Source: Chloroflexota bacterium
GTDB taxonomy: Bacteria > Chloroflexota > Dehalococcoidia > JACQUA01
Direction: 5' to 3'
NCBI GenBank assembly: GCA_016210565.1
Contig: JACQUA010000270.1
Coordinates: 19,996-51,995, forward strand
DNA length: 32,000 bases
The first letter of the stretch is position 1; every line of letters starts with the position of its first letter. The translations under genes and the position numbers were made by a program. Below are positions 1 through 7,901 of the stretch, piece after piece. Below the pieces are notes generated by a model. The model did no database searches. It saw only the letters and a program-made list of their open reading frames with translations, and was not told where the DNA came from.

Positions 1-1
1 C

Positions 2-469
2 ATCAATGAGGGTGAACAGCGAGTTTTTTATGTAACTGGCGACAACACTACCTCATCCCTTCTGGAATTGGAAGAGAGAGTGACCGAAAAGTTTACCGAC
101 TTTACCGATGACAGGGGGATTTTGCATAAGGCATCTGATTTTGATATTATGTCAGTTATCAAGGTTAGAACGATACGTCTAGATAAGTTTGTCGATGAGG
201 CCGGTATTTCCGAGATACATTATTTAAAAATAGATACTGAGGGCAACGATCTCAACGTGCTGAAGAGTTTAGGCGAAAAATCTAATATAGTGTGGGCTTT
301 CGAAATCGAGGTTTGGAACGAGAAGCCCACTTTGTTTAAGGGTTCAGCCTGCGGTGACGAATGTTTGGATTATGTTGAATCGAAGGGGTTCTCGGTGGTC
401 GAGAAATTCATTCATGGCAGAGGAAAAACCGCCGATTTGCTCTGTGTTCGTAATTCGTTACTCAGGTGA
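2..469 (+). CDS. FkbM-family SAM-dependent methyltransferase, C-terminal part (5' end lies upstream of the window)
   Basis: The frame of the 68..469 ORF stays open back to nt 2 (INEGEQRVFYVTGDNTTSSLLELEER...). 'IHYLKIDTEGNDLNVLKSL' matches the FkbM-type KIDxEGxExxVL core. Confidence 0.7.
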   Translation: MNEGEQRVFYVTGDNTTSSLLELEERVTEKFTDFTDDRGILHKASDFDIMSVIKVRTIRLDKFVDEAGISEIHYLKIDTEGNDLNVLKSLGEKSNIVWAFEIEVWNEKPTLFKGSACGDECLDYVESKGFSVVEKFIHGRGKTADLLCVRNSLLR

Positions 470-488
470 AATGAGAGAATCATAGCTC

Positions 489-1391
489 TTGGCTCAGATC
501 ACGATGCCTGTAGAATATGGCCGAGGTACTCCGGCCGCGCCGGTCTACCTGATTGGCGGCGAAGGCTATATCGGCTCCCTACTGCAAACTTTCTTACCCA
601 GGAATAACCTGATCAGGGTTGGCAATCCCAGAAAACAGTACGCCGACCCCGGTGTGCTTACCAACCTGCCTTCCAGGGTGCTGCCAAATTCTCGTTGTAT
701 CCTTCTGGCTGCGTTGACGGGGGAGAAGGCCTGCGAAGAAGACAGGAAGCTGGCCGACGAAACCAACGTTGAACTCGTGAAGAGAGTTTGCGAATTGGGT
801 TTTAGTAGAATCATCTTTGCTTCTACAACTTCGTTGTACGGTGTGACTGATTCTTATGCCAGCGAGCAAAGCCCGTTGCGAATAACTTCGTATTATACCG
901 AGACAAAACTCCGAGCCGAAGAAATAGTACTGGGCGCAAACGCCGGTAATATCGTTGCCAGACTGGCTATAGCCATTGGGGTCTCGCCGAAGATGGATTG
1001 GACACAACTCACCAACGTCCTGGTAAAGAGTGGCCTTGAAGGCCAACCCCTGGCAATATACGGTCCACATTCATTCCGACCCTACTGCGATGTCTATGAT
1101 ATTTCCAGGGGGCTGTTGCTGTTGCTCGACCGCTTCGATCTCGATGGCCGGGTCATAAATGTTGGCAGCACCGCTCTGAACTGCACCAAGCTGGACCTTG
1201 TCGAGAACCTGCAGAAATTGATTCCGAGCCTCAAGTACACTCTTTCAGGAGACGTGGACAAGAGAAGCTACAAGGTTTCGTTTGCCAAATTTGAGCAAAT
1301 GTATCAGTGCGCTTTGACTTTAAAAGATTCCTTCGCTCGCTTGATAGACTGTCATCGAGCGAACTTTGCCCCACGTGGAGCGGGAAGATAA
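489..1391 (+). CDS. NAD-dependent epimerase/dehydratase family protein (extended SDR)
   Basis: N-terminal Rossmann motif 'VYLIGGEGYIGSLL', catalytic 'SYYTETK' (YxxxK), and C-terminal 'RSYKVSFAKF' shared with the paralogs at 2323..3249 and 28878..29954. The start could instead be ATG 504. Confidence 0.65.
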   Translation: MAQITMPVEYGRGTPAAPVYLIGGEGYIGSLLQTFLPRNNLIRVGNPRKQYADPGVLTNLPSRVLPNSRCILLAALTGEKACEEDRKLADETNVELVKRVCELGFSRIIFASTTSLYGVTDSYASEQSPLRITSYYTETKLRAEEIVLGANAGNIVARLAIAIGVSPKMDWTQLTNVLVKSGLEGQPLAIYGPHSFRPYCDVYDISRGLLLLLDRFDLDGRVINVGSTALNCTKLDLVENLQKLIPSLKYTLSGDVDKRSYKVSFAKFEQMYQCALTLKDSFARLIDCHRANFAPRGAGR

Positions 1392-1393
1392 AC

Positions 1394-2320
1394 ATGAAAA
1401 TAATCGTCCTGGGCGGCCATGGTTTTGTGGGTCAGAGCGTTATGGAAGAACTCCAGAATAAGAGGTGCAGTCCGATTGCACTTTCGCGCAGAGACGGGTT
1501 TGATTTGTTGAATTATGAAGCGGCCAGGGCCAGGTTGGTTGAGCTCTGTCCGGACGTAATTATCAATTGCGCCGCCCACTCTGGCAGCCTCCATTACGTT
1601 ACTGAATTCGCAGCCGATGTTGTCCACGATAACATGCAGATGATTCTAAACACTTATAAATTAGTTTCGGAAGTTTGTCCTCGAGCCAGGGTTATTAACC
1701 CGATGTCCAATTGTTCTTATCCTGGAGCCGCCACGATTCATAAAGAATCGGAATGGTGGGACGGGCCGGTGCATGACTCGGTATTGGCGTACGGTAACAC
1801 AAAAAGGCTGCTCTATGTGGTTTCCAGATGTTATCAAATGCAGCGTGGCATTTCATCAATCAATTTTTTGGTGCCCAACTGCTACGGTCCCGGCGACCAC
1901 ACCGACCCCAACAAGACACACGCACTGGATGGAATGATTATCAGAATGCTGCAATCAAAAAGGGAGGGGCAAAGGGAGTTTGAGATATGGGGTACGGGGC
2001 TGCCAATGCGAGAATGGATATACGTCAAGGACCTGGCGCAGATGCTGTGTGACGCCGTGAGCCTGACAGAAGATCTAGTTTATCCCATAAATATTGCCCA
2101 GAACAAAGCCCATTCAATAAGAGAGACTGCCGAAATGATTGCGTCACTAATCGGCTACAATGGTAAGCTCGTCTTCAACACCAAGTACCCGGATGGCGCC
2201 CCGGTGAAGATTCTGGACGATCGGCTTTTCCGTGAAAGATTTCCAGAATTTCAGTTTACGGACATTGCCCAGGGGCTCAGGGAAACGGTCAAGTATTACC
2301 AGGCAAAATTGGAGGCCTAG
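1394..2320 (+). CDS. GDP-L-fucose synthase-like NAD(P)-dependent epimerase/reductase (extended SDR)
   Basis: The ATG at 1394 gives 'MKIIVLGGHGFVGQSV' (Rossmann motif), 3 nt after the upstream stop; the track's 1307 start is a spurious extension. Fcl/WcaG-like motifs: 'NCAAHSG', 'YGNTK', 'LVPNCYGPGDH', 'EIWGTGLPMREWIYVKDLA'. Confidence 0.7.
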   Translation: MKIIVLGGHGFVGQSVMEELQNKRCSPIALSRRDGFDLLNYEAARARLVELCPDVIINCAAHSGSLHYVTEFAADVVHDNMQMILNTYKLVSEVCPRARVINPMSNCSYPGAATIHKESEWWDGPVHDSVLAYGNTKRLLYVVSRCYQMQRGISSINFLVPNCYGPGDHTDPNKTHALDGMIIRMLQSKREGQREFEIWGTGLPMREWIYVKDLAQMLCDAVSLTEDLVYPINIAQNKAHSIRETAEMIASLIGYNGKLVFNTKYPDGAPVKILDDRLFRERFPEFQFTDIAQGLRETVKYYQAKLEA

Positions 2321-2322
2321 AA

Positions 2323-3249
2323 ATGAACGTACTCGTTACAGGCGGCGCCGGATATGTTGGCACCAGCCTGGTCCCCCTACTCCTTGAAAGGGGTTATAAA
2401 GTGCGAGTGTTTGATAACCTGATGTTCGGGGGAGCGCCGGTACTGCCGTTCTTTAGAAACCAGAACTTTCAGTTTATTAACGGCGACATCCGAAACAAGG
2501 ATGATATCGTACGCGCTATGAAGGATCAGGACATTGTTGTTCACCTGGCGGCGATTGTTGGCTACCCAGCTTGTCGCAAGGAGCCTATCCTGGCCGAGCA
2601 GGTCAACATCGGCGGCGTTGACAACTTGATCGGGGGTGTCTCGAAAGACCAATTAGTCTTGTTTTCTTCAACGGGGAGCAACTACGGTTGCGTTGAAGGC
2701 ATTTGCACGGAAGAAACCCCTCTAAATCCCTTGAGTTTATATGGTCAGACAAAGACTGTAGCCGAGAGACGACTACTCGAGAACTCTAACGCAATTGTTT
2801 ATCGCTTTGCCACCGCGTTCGGCATTTCCCCACGCATGCGGCTTGACCTTCTCATCAACGACTTCGTCTACAGGGCGCTTACTGAAGGTTATCTGGTCGT
2901 TTATGAAAGCCAGTTCAGGCGAACGTTCATTCATGTGCACGACATGTGCCGGGCCTTCTTGTTCGCAATCGACCACGCAGATAAGATGGCCGGGCAGGTA
3001 TACAACGTTGGGTCTGAAAAGATGAACCTCAGTAAGCGCGACGTTTGTGAACAAATTGCAGCGAAGATCAATTGTCATGTTCATTACGCAGACGTGGGAG
3101 AAGACCAGGACAAGCGAGACTATGTCGTCAGTTACCACAAGATAAACAGTCTAGGCTATCAGACAACTGTAACCGTTGATGAGGGCATCGATGAGCTGAT
3201 CAGGGCGCTCCGGGTGGTACAAATCAAAACGCCGTATTCTAATGTCTAA
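2323..3249 (+). CDS. NAD-dependent epimerase/dehydratase family protein (extended SDR)
   Basis: 'MNVLVTGGAGYVGTSLV', 'SSTGSNYG', 'LYGQTK' (YxxxK). The start lies 3 nt after the upstream stop. Confidence 0.7.
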   Translation: MNVLVTGGAGYVGTSLVPLLLERGYKVRVFDNLMFGGAPVLPFFRNQNFQFINGDIRNKDDIVRAMKDQDIVVHLAAIVGYPACRKEPILAEQVNIGGVDNLIGGVSKDQLVLFSSTGSNYGCVEGICTEETPLNPLSLYGQTKTVAERRLLENSNAIVYRFATAFGISPRMRLDLLINDFVYRALTEGYLVVYESQFRRTFIHVHDMCRAFLFAIDHADKMAGQVYNVGSEKMNLSKRDVCEQIAAKINCHVHYADVGEDQDKRDYVVSYHKINSLGYQTTVTVDEGIDELIRALRVVQIKTPYSNV

Positions 3250-3508
3250 TAAAGACGCACTAAATAATGACGAATAGGCTCACACAAAGGCACAAAGGGA
3301 TCGTTGGGAGGGGACGTGGCGAGACAACACCATACTTGTTTCAGTGTCTCCGTATTCTTTGCGTCTCTGTGTCTTTGTGTGAAACCGTATCCCCCCGTAA
3401 TATTCTGATCCTTACCCACATTTGCAGGGCTGGACACAGAGCGTCTCTTGAAATGTGGAACATAGGCGCAGCCAATAGTTTGATTGCTCCAGGCGAGGTT
3501 GCGGATAA

Positions 3509-3537
3509 CCGGTACCACAGGCGTCCCTGCCTGTGAG
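3509..3537 (-). repeat. Family-A hairpin repeat (CTCACAGGC-N6-GCCTGTGGTACCGG), inverted copy
   Basis: ccggtaccacaggcgtccctgcctgtgag is the reverse complement of the family consensus. It forms a 7-bp stem and a 6-nt loop. Confidence 0.8.
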
Positions 3538-3646
3538 CGCTGGATCTTGAACAAGGCAAACTTAATCCGTTGGTGACGAATGGCAAGCCTCCAATTCGTT
3601 CCGGATACGGTCATTGGCACAAGAAGGCGCCGTACAAGATCCAAGT

Positions 3647-3675
3647 CTCGCAGGCACGGAGGCCTGCGGTACCGG
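3647..3675 (+). repeat. Family-A hairpin repeat copy
   Basis: ctcgcaggcacggaggcctgcggtaccgg. The stem is CGCAGGC/GCCTGCG, a compensatory double change relative to CACAGGC/GCCTGTG. Confidence 0.8.
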
Positions 3676-3763
3676 TCCTCTGTGTCCAGCCCGAGATGTG
3701 GGACACGATCAGCGTAATATTACCCCGATGCGACATTTATTACTGCGTTTGTATTAGTAGGCG

Positions 3764-4909
3764 TTGGCTGTCGTGAAAATCGGGATACTGGAACTCCTGG
3801 AACACCATATATTCTTGTATTCATTGGCGTCGGTGGCCAGGAGAAGCGGCGCTGACGTGACCATATTCACCACTGAAACCCTATACGCTCGCGTTGCCCC
3901 ACTATTCAAGGCAAGGGTCGAAGACTACAGGTGGGTCATACGGGGTCGAAATGAAAGACTCTGGTCCGTCTTGAAACGTGTTGAGAGAATAGCTGAGACA
4001 GAGCTGGACTTGCTGATCGTTAACACACTGGAGGGCAGTGCACTGTACTGGCTCGTGCACTCCGCGTTTGCCCCAAACTGCAAGACCCTCCTGGTAACCG
4101 GTCGGATTACGGACTGGTTTGAGAACAAGTATCGGCTGGCTAAACCGTGGGACGTCGTCGGCTTCCTCAATAACAACGTTGCACATTTCGTCGCCAGGAG
4201 AATGATGCCCCGATTTGACGGGATAGTTGTCCACACCAGAGCCATGCAAGATTATGCCCTGGCGCACGGCTATACGAAAGACATAGTGCTGCTTCCCTAC
4301 TCAATATATGAAGAGAATGGGTCCCCGGCCAACAATGGCAAAAAAGTTAAGTTCGTCGTTACGGGTTCGATCGACGATTGCCGCCGCAATTACGATGGGT
4401 TGCTGGACGGTTTTGAAAAACTATCGAGTTCTGGCAGGGAAAAGGTATGTCTCACTTTGCTTGGTTGGCCAGCCAGCCGGTACGGACGAAGGATTATTGA
4501 CCGGTGCCGCCGGTTGAAGGAAGGTGGGCTCGACGTTCGGTTCTATGATGAGTTCATACCGGAAGAGAGTTTCATGGCAGAAATGGCCTCGGCGGATGCG
4601 CTGATCAATCCGGTCCGGTTGACGAACTATCGCGGCGGAATCTTTATGAGTGGTCTGGTGGAAGCCATCAGGCACGCTAAGCCGGGTATCTACCCCGCGG
4701 GCTACGTTGTTCCCGAAGAGCTTCTGTCCAGCTCACTGTTCTACAGCGGTATTGAGCAATTGCCCTGCCTGATAGAGGACACCATTCTAACTGACGGCGG
4801 AGTCTTTCAAGAATTGTCCCGCAATGCAATAGTGAACGCACAGAAATATTCTCTGCAGGCGGTAGCGGATTACTTCAAGACCACCGTGCTGGAGCGTATG
4901 CTCCGGTGA
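3764..4909 (+). CDS. Putative glycosyltransferase, divergent GT-B (GT1/GT4-like) fold
   Basis: A 381-aa ORF with no competing ORF. The C-terminal half ('KFVVTGSIDDCRRNYDGLL', 'SGLVEAIRHAKPGIYPAGYVVPEEL') resembles the nucleotide-sugar-binding half of GT4 enzymes. The N-terminal half is unrecognisable. The start is uncertain (TTG 3764 or GTG 3773). Confidence 0.4.
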   Translation: MAVVKIGILELLEHHIFLYSLASVARRSGADVTIFTTETLYARVAPLFKARVEDYRWVIRGRNERLWSVLKRVERIAETELDLLIVNTLEGSALYWLVHSAFAPNCKTLLVTGRITDWFENKYRLAKPWDVVGFLNNNVAHFVARRMMPRFDGIVVHTRAMQDYALAHGYTKDIVLLPYSIYEENGSPANNGKKVKFVVTGSIDDCRRNYDGLLDGFEKLSSSGREKVCLTLLGWPASRYGRRIIDRCRRLKEGGLDVRFYDEFIPEESFMAEMASADALINPVRLTNYRGGIFMSGLVEAIRHAKPGIYPAGYVVPEELLSSSLFYSGIEQLPCLIEDTILTDGGVFQELSRNAIVNAQKYSLQAVADYFKTTVLERMLR

Positions 4910-4926
4910 GGCCTATCCAATGATCC

Positions 4927-5751
4927 TTATTGCAAAGGCAACTCATGCGGCAACCCTCCCGTCACAAGGTCATTGTACCGACTGTGCTCGAAAAAGTGAC
5001 ATGCATAAATCCGGTGGTACCAGGGCTCCACAACTTCTGCTGAAACCAAATGGTAGGGAATCCCTAACTTTATGTTCCTGTGGGTCTGATTGAACTCATT
5101 TATTGCCAGTCTCTCTCCAGTGTAATCGTTGAATAGCTCTATCTCTGTCCCGATGATATCATCAAAGTAGCAGAATACGCGAGGCAAGTAGTATTTTTCA
5201 CCACGTTCGAGCATACTCAGCGCCATAACCGTGGACGAATATAAATCGAAATCATATGATATGGCGCCAATCGGCGCAGGGTTAAACTTTTCGAAAAAGG
5301 ACTTTCCCGCATCTGTAATATCTCCAAGGACAAGCTTTGCGCTTTTCAATTTTGCTTGAAGTTTAGGGATATCCATCTCATAAAAACCCTCTTTGTAGCA
5401 ATATGGCAAGTCTCGATAGTCCGATGGTTCAGGCAGTCCTCTGCCAGTATCAAAACCAAAAATGTCAATGTCCACCGAACACAACTTCGATATTTGCCGA
5501 GCATGTTCTTCAAGATTTACCAGTCCGTTCCCACCAGCCACACCGAACTCCAAGACGCTTATTCGTGGATATCCCAATTTCTTTGCCAGAACAGCCGCGT
5601 TGTAAACGATGTATCCATACCACGGGCGGTCCACAGCTCCTATTTTTACGCGTTGCTCATAGTTACCGATCTTGAAACGTCGGATAAGTCCTTTTGCTAT
5701 TGTACGAAGCGGATATGGGTCGAGAATTAATCCCTCGAATTTCCGTAGCAT
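4927..5751 (-). CDS. Putative TylF/macrocin-O-methyltransferase-like class I methyltransferase
   Basis: 'VLEFGVAGGNGL' is a SAM-binding LExGxGxG-type motif, and 'ISYDFDLYSSTVMALSML...FDDI' matches the TylF-family D.DLY.ST..AL....DDY signature. ATG 5751 is preceded by GAGGGAG; the maximal ORF runs to 5811. Confidence 0.45.
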   Translation of the reverse strand: MLRKFEGLILDPYPLRTIAKGLIRRFKIGNYEQRVKIGAVDRPWYGYIVYNAAVLAKKLGYPRISVLEFGVAGGNGLVNLEEHARQISKLCSVDIDIFGFDTGRGLPEPSDYRDLPYCYKEGFYEMDIPKLQAKLKSAKLVLGDITDAGKSFFEKFNPAPIGAISYDFDLYSSTVMALSMLERGEKYYLPRVFCYFDDIIGTEIELFNDYTGERLAINEFNQTHRNIKLGIPYHLVSAEVVEPWYHRIYACHFFEHSRYNDLVTGGLPHELPLQ

Positions 5752-5861
5752 CGCTTTTCTCCCTCGGGTGAATATTGTGAAACGCTGTATTAGCAGTACC
5801 GGGAGAGCCATGGTTAGTGACCATTAGCCCCGCGCCCCCGCCAGCGCAAGCTGGCCGTTTC

Positions 5862-7019
5862 TCAGGGACTTGTCTTTCCGCCAATGCCTTCGACTATTCT
5901 CTCGAACTCGCCCAGAGACTTCGGGAACAGTATCGGCGAGCGGCTTTGCCGGAGCAGGTAGTCCCTCAGATATCTCCTCGTTTCTTCATCTTTGAGGGGG
6001 ACCATGTCCATCAGGGAAACGGCCAGCCCTCTTTCCACGTTAGCGAGCGCCATTGAAGCAAAGTCCAGATACATCTTCACATTATCATGGTACAAGAACT
6101 CGGCAGGTACAAAGTCGGGCAGAACCCGGCCAAATCCCACCGTAACCCGGCGGTCGGTGGAAGCAGGATGATATTTGATAGCCACCCTATCTTCGGGGAA
6201 GTGCCTGGCCAGGACCTGGAAGACCCCATCCAATATCTTTTTGTAGGCCTGGGTATCCCTGACGTAATCATGTTCTACCAGGTCCTCATCAAAGTAGGCG
6301 ACACTGTAATCACTGACATCGAAAATCTTGAACTGGCTCAGGTCAAAACCCTGAAGCATGCTGTTACTTTCCTCCGGGCCGATAATCCTGTCGACCTTTT
6401 CCTGCAGGAACTTATCCGACAGCCCCGGGACTTTCAGACCCGCAGGGTGCATGGCCAACTCCGTGTGGCGCCCGTAAACCAGTTTGCACCTGGCTAAGTA
6501 CGCCAGGTCGTCAATGTTCGCCGCAACAACTGTTTGCATCGACAATGCATCGTTAAGTCGATCCGGCATGAAGGTGAGTCTGTTGTGTCTGCCGAGCTTC
6601 CGTAACAGGTAGATCAGGCTGGCGTTAAAATACCGGCTGAAGAAGAAGACCTCGGCGCCCCTGAACCGGGCGAAGTTCCGGCTAAAAACGCGCGCCAGGT
6701 ATCGCGATTCTCCTATCATGTCGGGGACGAACCAGAACGCCTTGGCAATCCTGCTGCGTACCGTGGCTATACGCCAGATGTACCCATCAAGGTAGACGAG
6801 CTGAAGAGAATTGTCAAATGCCTTTTCGTTGGCAAGCTGGAGGAACTGAAAAAGGTCGCGGTCGCCGGTAACTGTCACGGTTATCCGGTGCTTGTCTTTG
6901 TGTTGCATGGCTACGTAGAGGGCGTTCTTTATCTGCGGATAGGCGTCGCAGAAGATCACCACCTCAGACGGAGGTTTCACCGCAGAGGACGCAAAGGGTC
7001 GCAGAGGACTGTTACTCAC
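5862..7019 (-). CDS. Hypothetical protein; candidate nonulosonate (sialyl-type) transferase
   Basis: A 385-aa ORF in the operon directly downstream of the acetyltransferases. It contains 'YFDEDLVEHD' followed by 'IKYHPAS', reminiscent of the D/E-D/E-G and HP motifs described for bacterial sialyltransferases. GTG start. The functional call is weak. Confidence 0.35.
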   Translation of the reverse strand: MSNSPLRPFASSAVKPPSEVVIFCDAYPQIKNALYVAMQHKDKHRITVTVTGDRDLFQFLQLANEKAFDNSLQLVYLDGYIWRIATVRSRIAKAFWFVPDMIGESRYLARVFSRNFARFRGAEVFFFSRYFNASLIYLLRKLGRHNRLTFMPDRLNDALSMQTVVAANIDDLAYLARCKLVYGRHTELAMHPAGLKVPGLSDKFLQEKVDRIIGPEESNSMLQGFDLSQFKIFDVSDYSVAYFDEDLVEHDYVRDTQAYKKILDGVFQVLARHFPEDRVAIKYHPASTDRRVTVGFGRVLPDFVPAEFLYHDNVKMYLDFASMALANVERGLAVSLMDMVPLKDEETRRYLRDYLLRQSRSPILFPKSLGEFERIVEGIGGKTSP

Positions 7020-7073
7020 CTGATGCTTCCCCGTGGGCGTTCCCCTGCATCCTTTCCGGCGAACTGTCTTCCG

Positions 7074-7718
7074 TCATTCATCATCTCTCCTCCCCTGGAC
7101 GACCTTCGCGGGAGTCCCACCCACCACCACGTTATCCGGGATATTTTCCAGGACCACCGAGCCGGCCCCCACCACGGTGTTCTGCCCTATGGTTACCAGC
7201 TCCTTGACCACGGATCCGATCCCGACGAGAGCGCTGTTGCCCACCTTGACGGCGCCGGCCAGAGAGCACCCGGGACCGACATGGGCGTGGTCTCCAATCT
7301 GATTGTCGTGTTCGATTATGGCCCCGGTGTTGATAATCACGTTATCCCCGATCCTCACCCCGGTGCTTATTATGGCTCCCATGGATACGGTTACCCCGTG
7401 TCCGAGCCGGGCGCTCGGAGCGATCGACGCCGTCGGGTGAATCGCATTTATCAGCTCCAGGCCCATCCCCCGGAGCTTCTCAAAATGGGCCGCCCTGATG
7501 TCGTTCATGCTTACAGCGACGATCGCGCCCTTGACCCCGCGTTCCATCAGACCGGGTATGACCGAATGGTCCCCGACGATGGGAATGCCCTTGATGTTAG
7601 CGCCCGGTTTGGGGACCTCGTTGTGGACGAAGGCCACGATCTCCACATTGCGGTCATAGCTCAATATCTCGTAGAGAATCCTGGCCTGGCCCCCGGCCCC
7701 GATGATGATTGTTTTCAT
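7074..7718 (-). CDS. NeuD/PglD-family sugar N/O-acetyltransferase (left-handed beta-helix, hexapeptide repeats)
   Basis: 'MKTIIIGAGGQAR' N-terminal Rossmann-like domain, followed by hexapeptide repeats ('IGDNVIINTGAIIEHDNQIGDHAHVGPG...'). Confidence 0.85.
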   Translation of the reverse strand: MKTIIIGAGGQARILYEILSYDRNVEIVAFVHNEVPKPGANIKGIPIVGDHSVIPGLMERGVKGAIVAVSMNDIRAAHFEKLRGMGLELINAIHPTASIAPSARLGHGVTVSMGAIISTGVRIGDNVIINTGAIIEHDNQIGDHAHVGPGCSLAGAVKVGNSALVGIGSVVKELVTIGQNTVVGAGSVVLENIPDNVVVGGTPAKVVQGRRDDE

Positions 7719-7729
7719 TGCTGTAAAAA

Positions 7730-7754
7730 TGTCACCCTGAGCCGAAACCCTGAG
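7730..7754. repeat. 25-nt motif TGTCACCCTGAGCCGAAACCCTGAG, copy 1 (identical to 12778-12802)
   Basis: An exact 25/25 match between the two sites. On the - strand it reads CTCAGGGTTTCGGCTCAGGGTGACA and ends 11 nt before the ATG at 7718. Confidence 0.85.
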
Positions 7755-7811
7755 TGAAGCGAAGGGGCCGGCGAAGGGTCTTTTATCTGGCGCCCCGCCT
7801 TGAAAGAACTT

Positions 7812-7885
7812 GTCCTGAGCGGAGCGAAGGATTCTTCGACTATCCCGATTCTATCGGGACTACGCTCGCTACGCTCAGAATGACA
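7812..7885. repeat. ~74-nt imperfect palindromic element
   Basis: GTCCTGAGCGGAGCGAAGG...CGCTCGCTACGCTCAGAATGAC: the outer arms CTGAGCG/CGCTCAG pair, and the centre holds the hairpin CCCGAT-tct-ATCGGG (7844-7858). Confidence 0.65.
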
Positions 7886-7901
7886 GATGCCCCAGCCGTT
7901 C

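Larger units (their letters stand above)
3427..3692. repeat. Composite inverted-repeat structure in a 514-bp gene-free spacer
   Basis: GGGCTGGACACAGAG (3427-3441) is the exact reverse complement of CTCTGTGTCCAGCCC (3678-3692). Inside the pair lie two oppositely oriented family-A hairpins (3509-3537, 3647-3675). A further 9-nt inverted pair is CACACAAAG (3281-3289) / CTTTGTGTG (3373-3381). Confidence 0.75.

Noticed and set aside
3246-3776. Small ORFs in the 514-bp spacer (3246-3644 -, 3267-3536 +, 3341-3586 -, 3570-3776 +).
   Set aside because: They are mutually overlapping in several frames and built from the inverted or hairpin repeats (peptides such as SQAGTPVVPV and HRDAKNTETLK are repeat read-throughs). 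They show no start-site signals and no domain features.
4910-4926. Possible bidirectional terminator between the convergent genes 3764-4909 (+) and 4927-5751 (-).
   Set aside because: Only 17 nt separate the two stop codons, and they contain no GC-rich stem or T-tract.
6888-7757. 289-aa + strand ORF antisense to the acetyltransferase. Similar long antisense ORFs occur at 8121-8696, 10250-11467, 12993-14150, 13949-14791, 15485-16021, 16390-16998, 22375-23094, 23153-23827 and 23839-24612.
   Set aside because: Each is fully nested opposite a minus-strand gene with strong family motifs. The translations are low-complexity (R/G/P/H/D-rich) with no recognisable domain. These are typical shadow ORFs of moderately GC-rich coding DNA.
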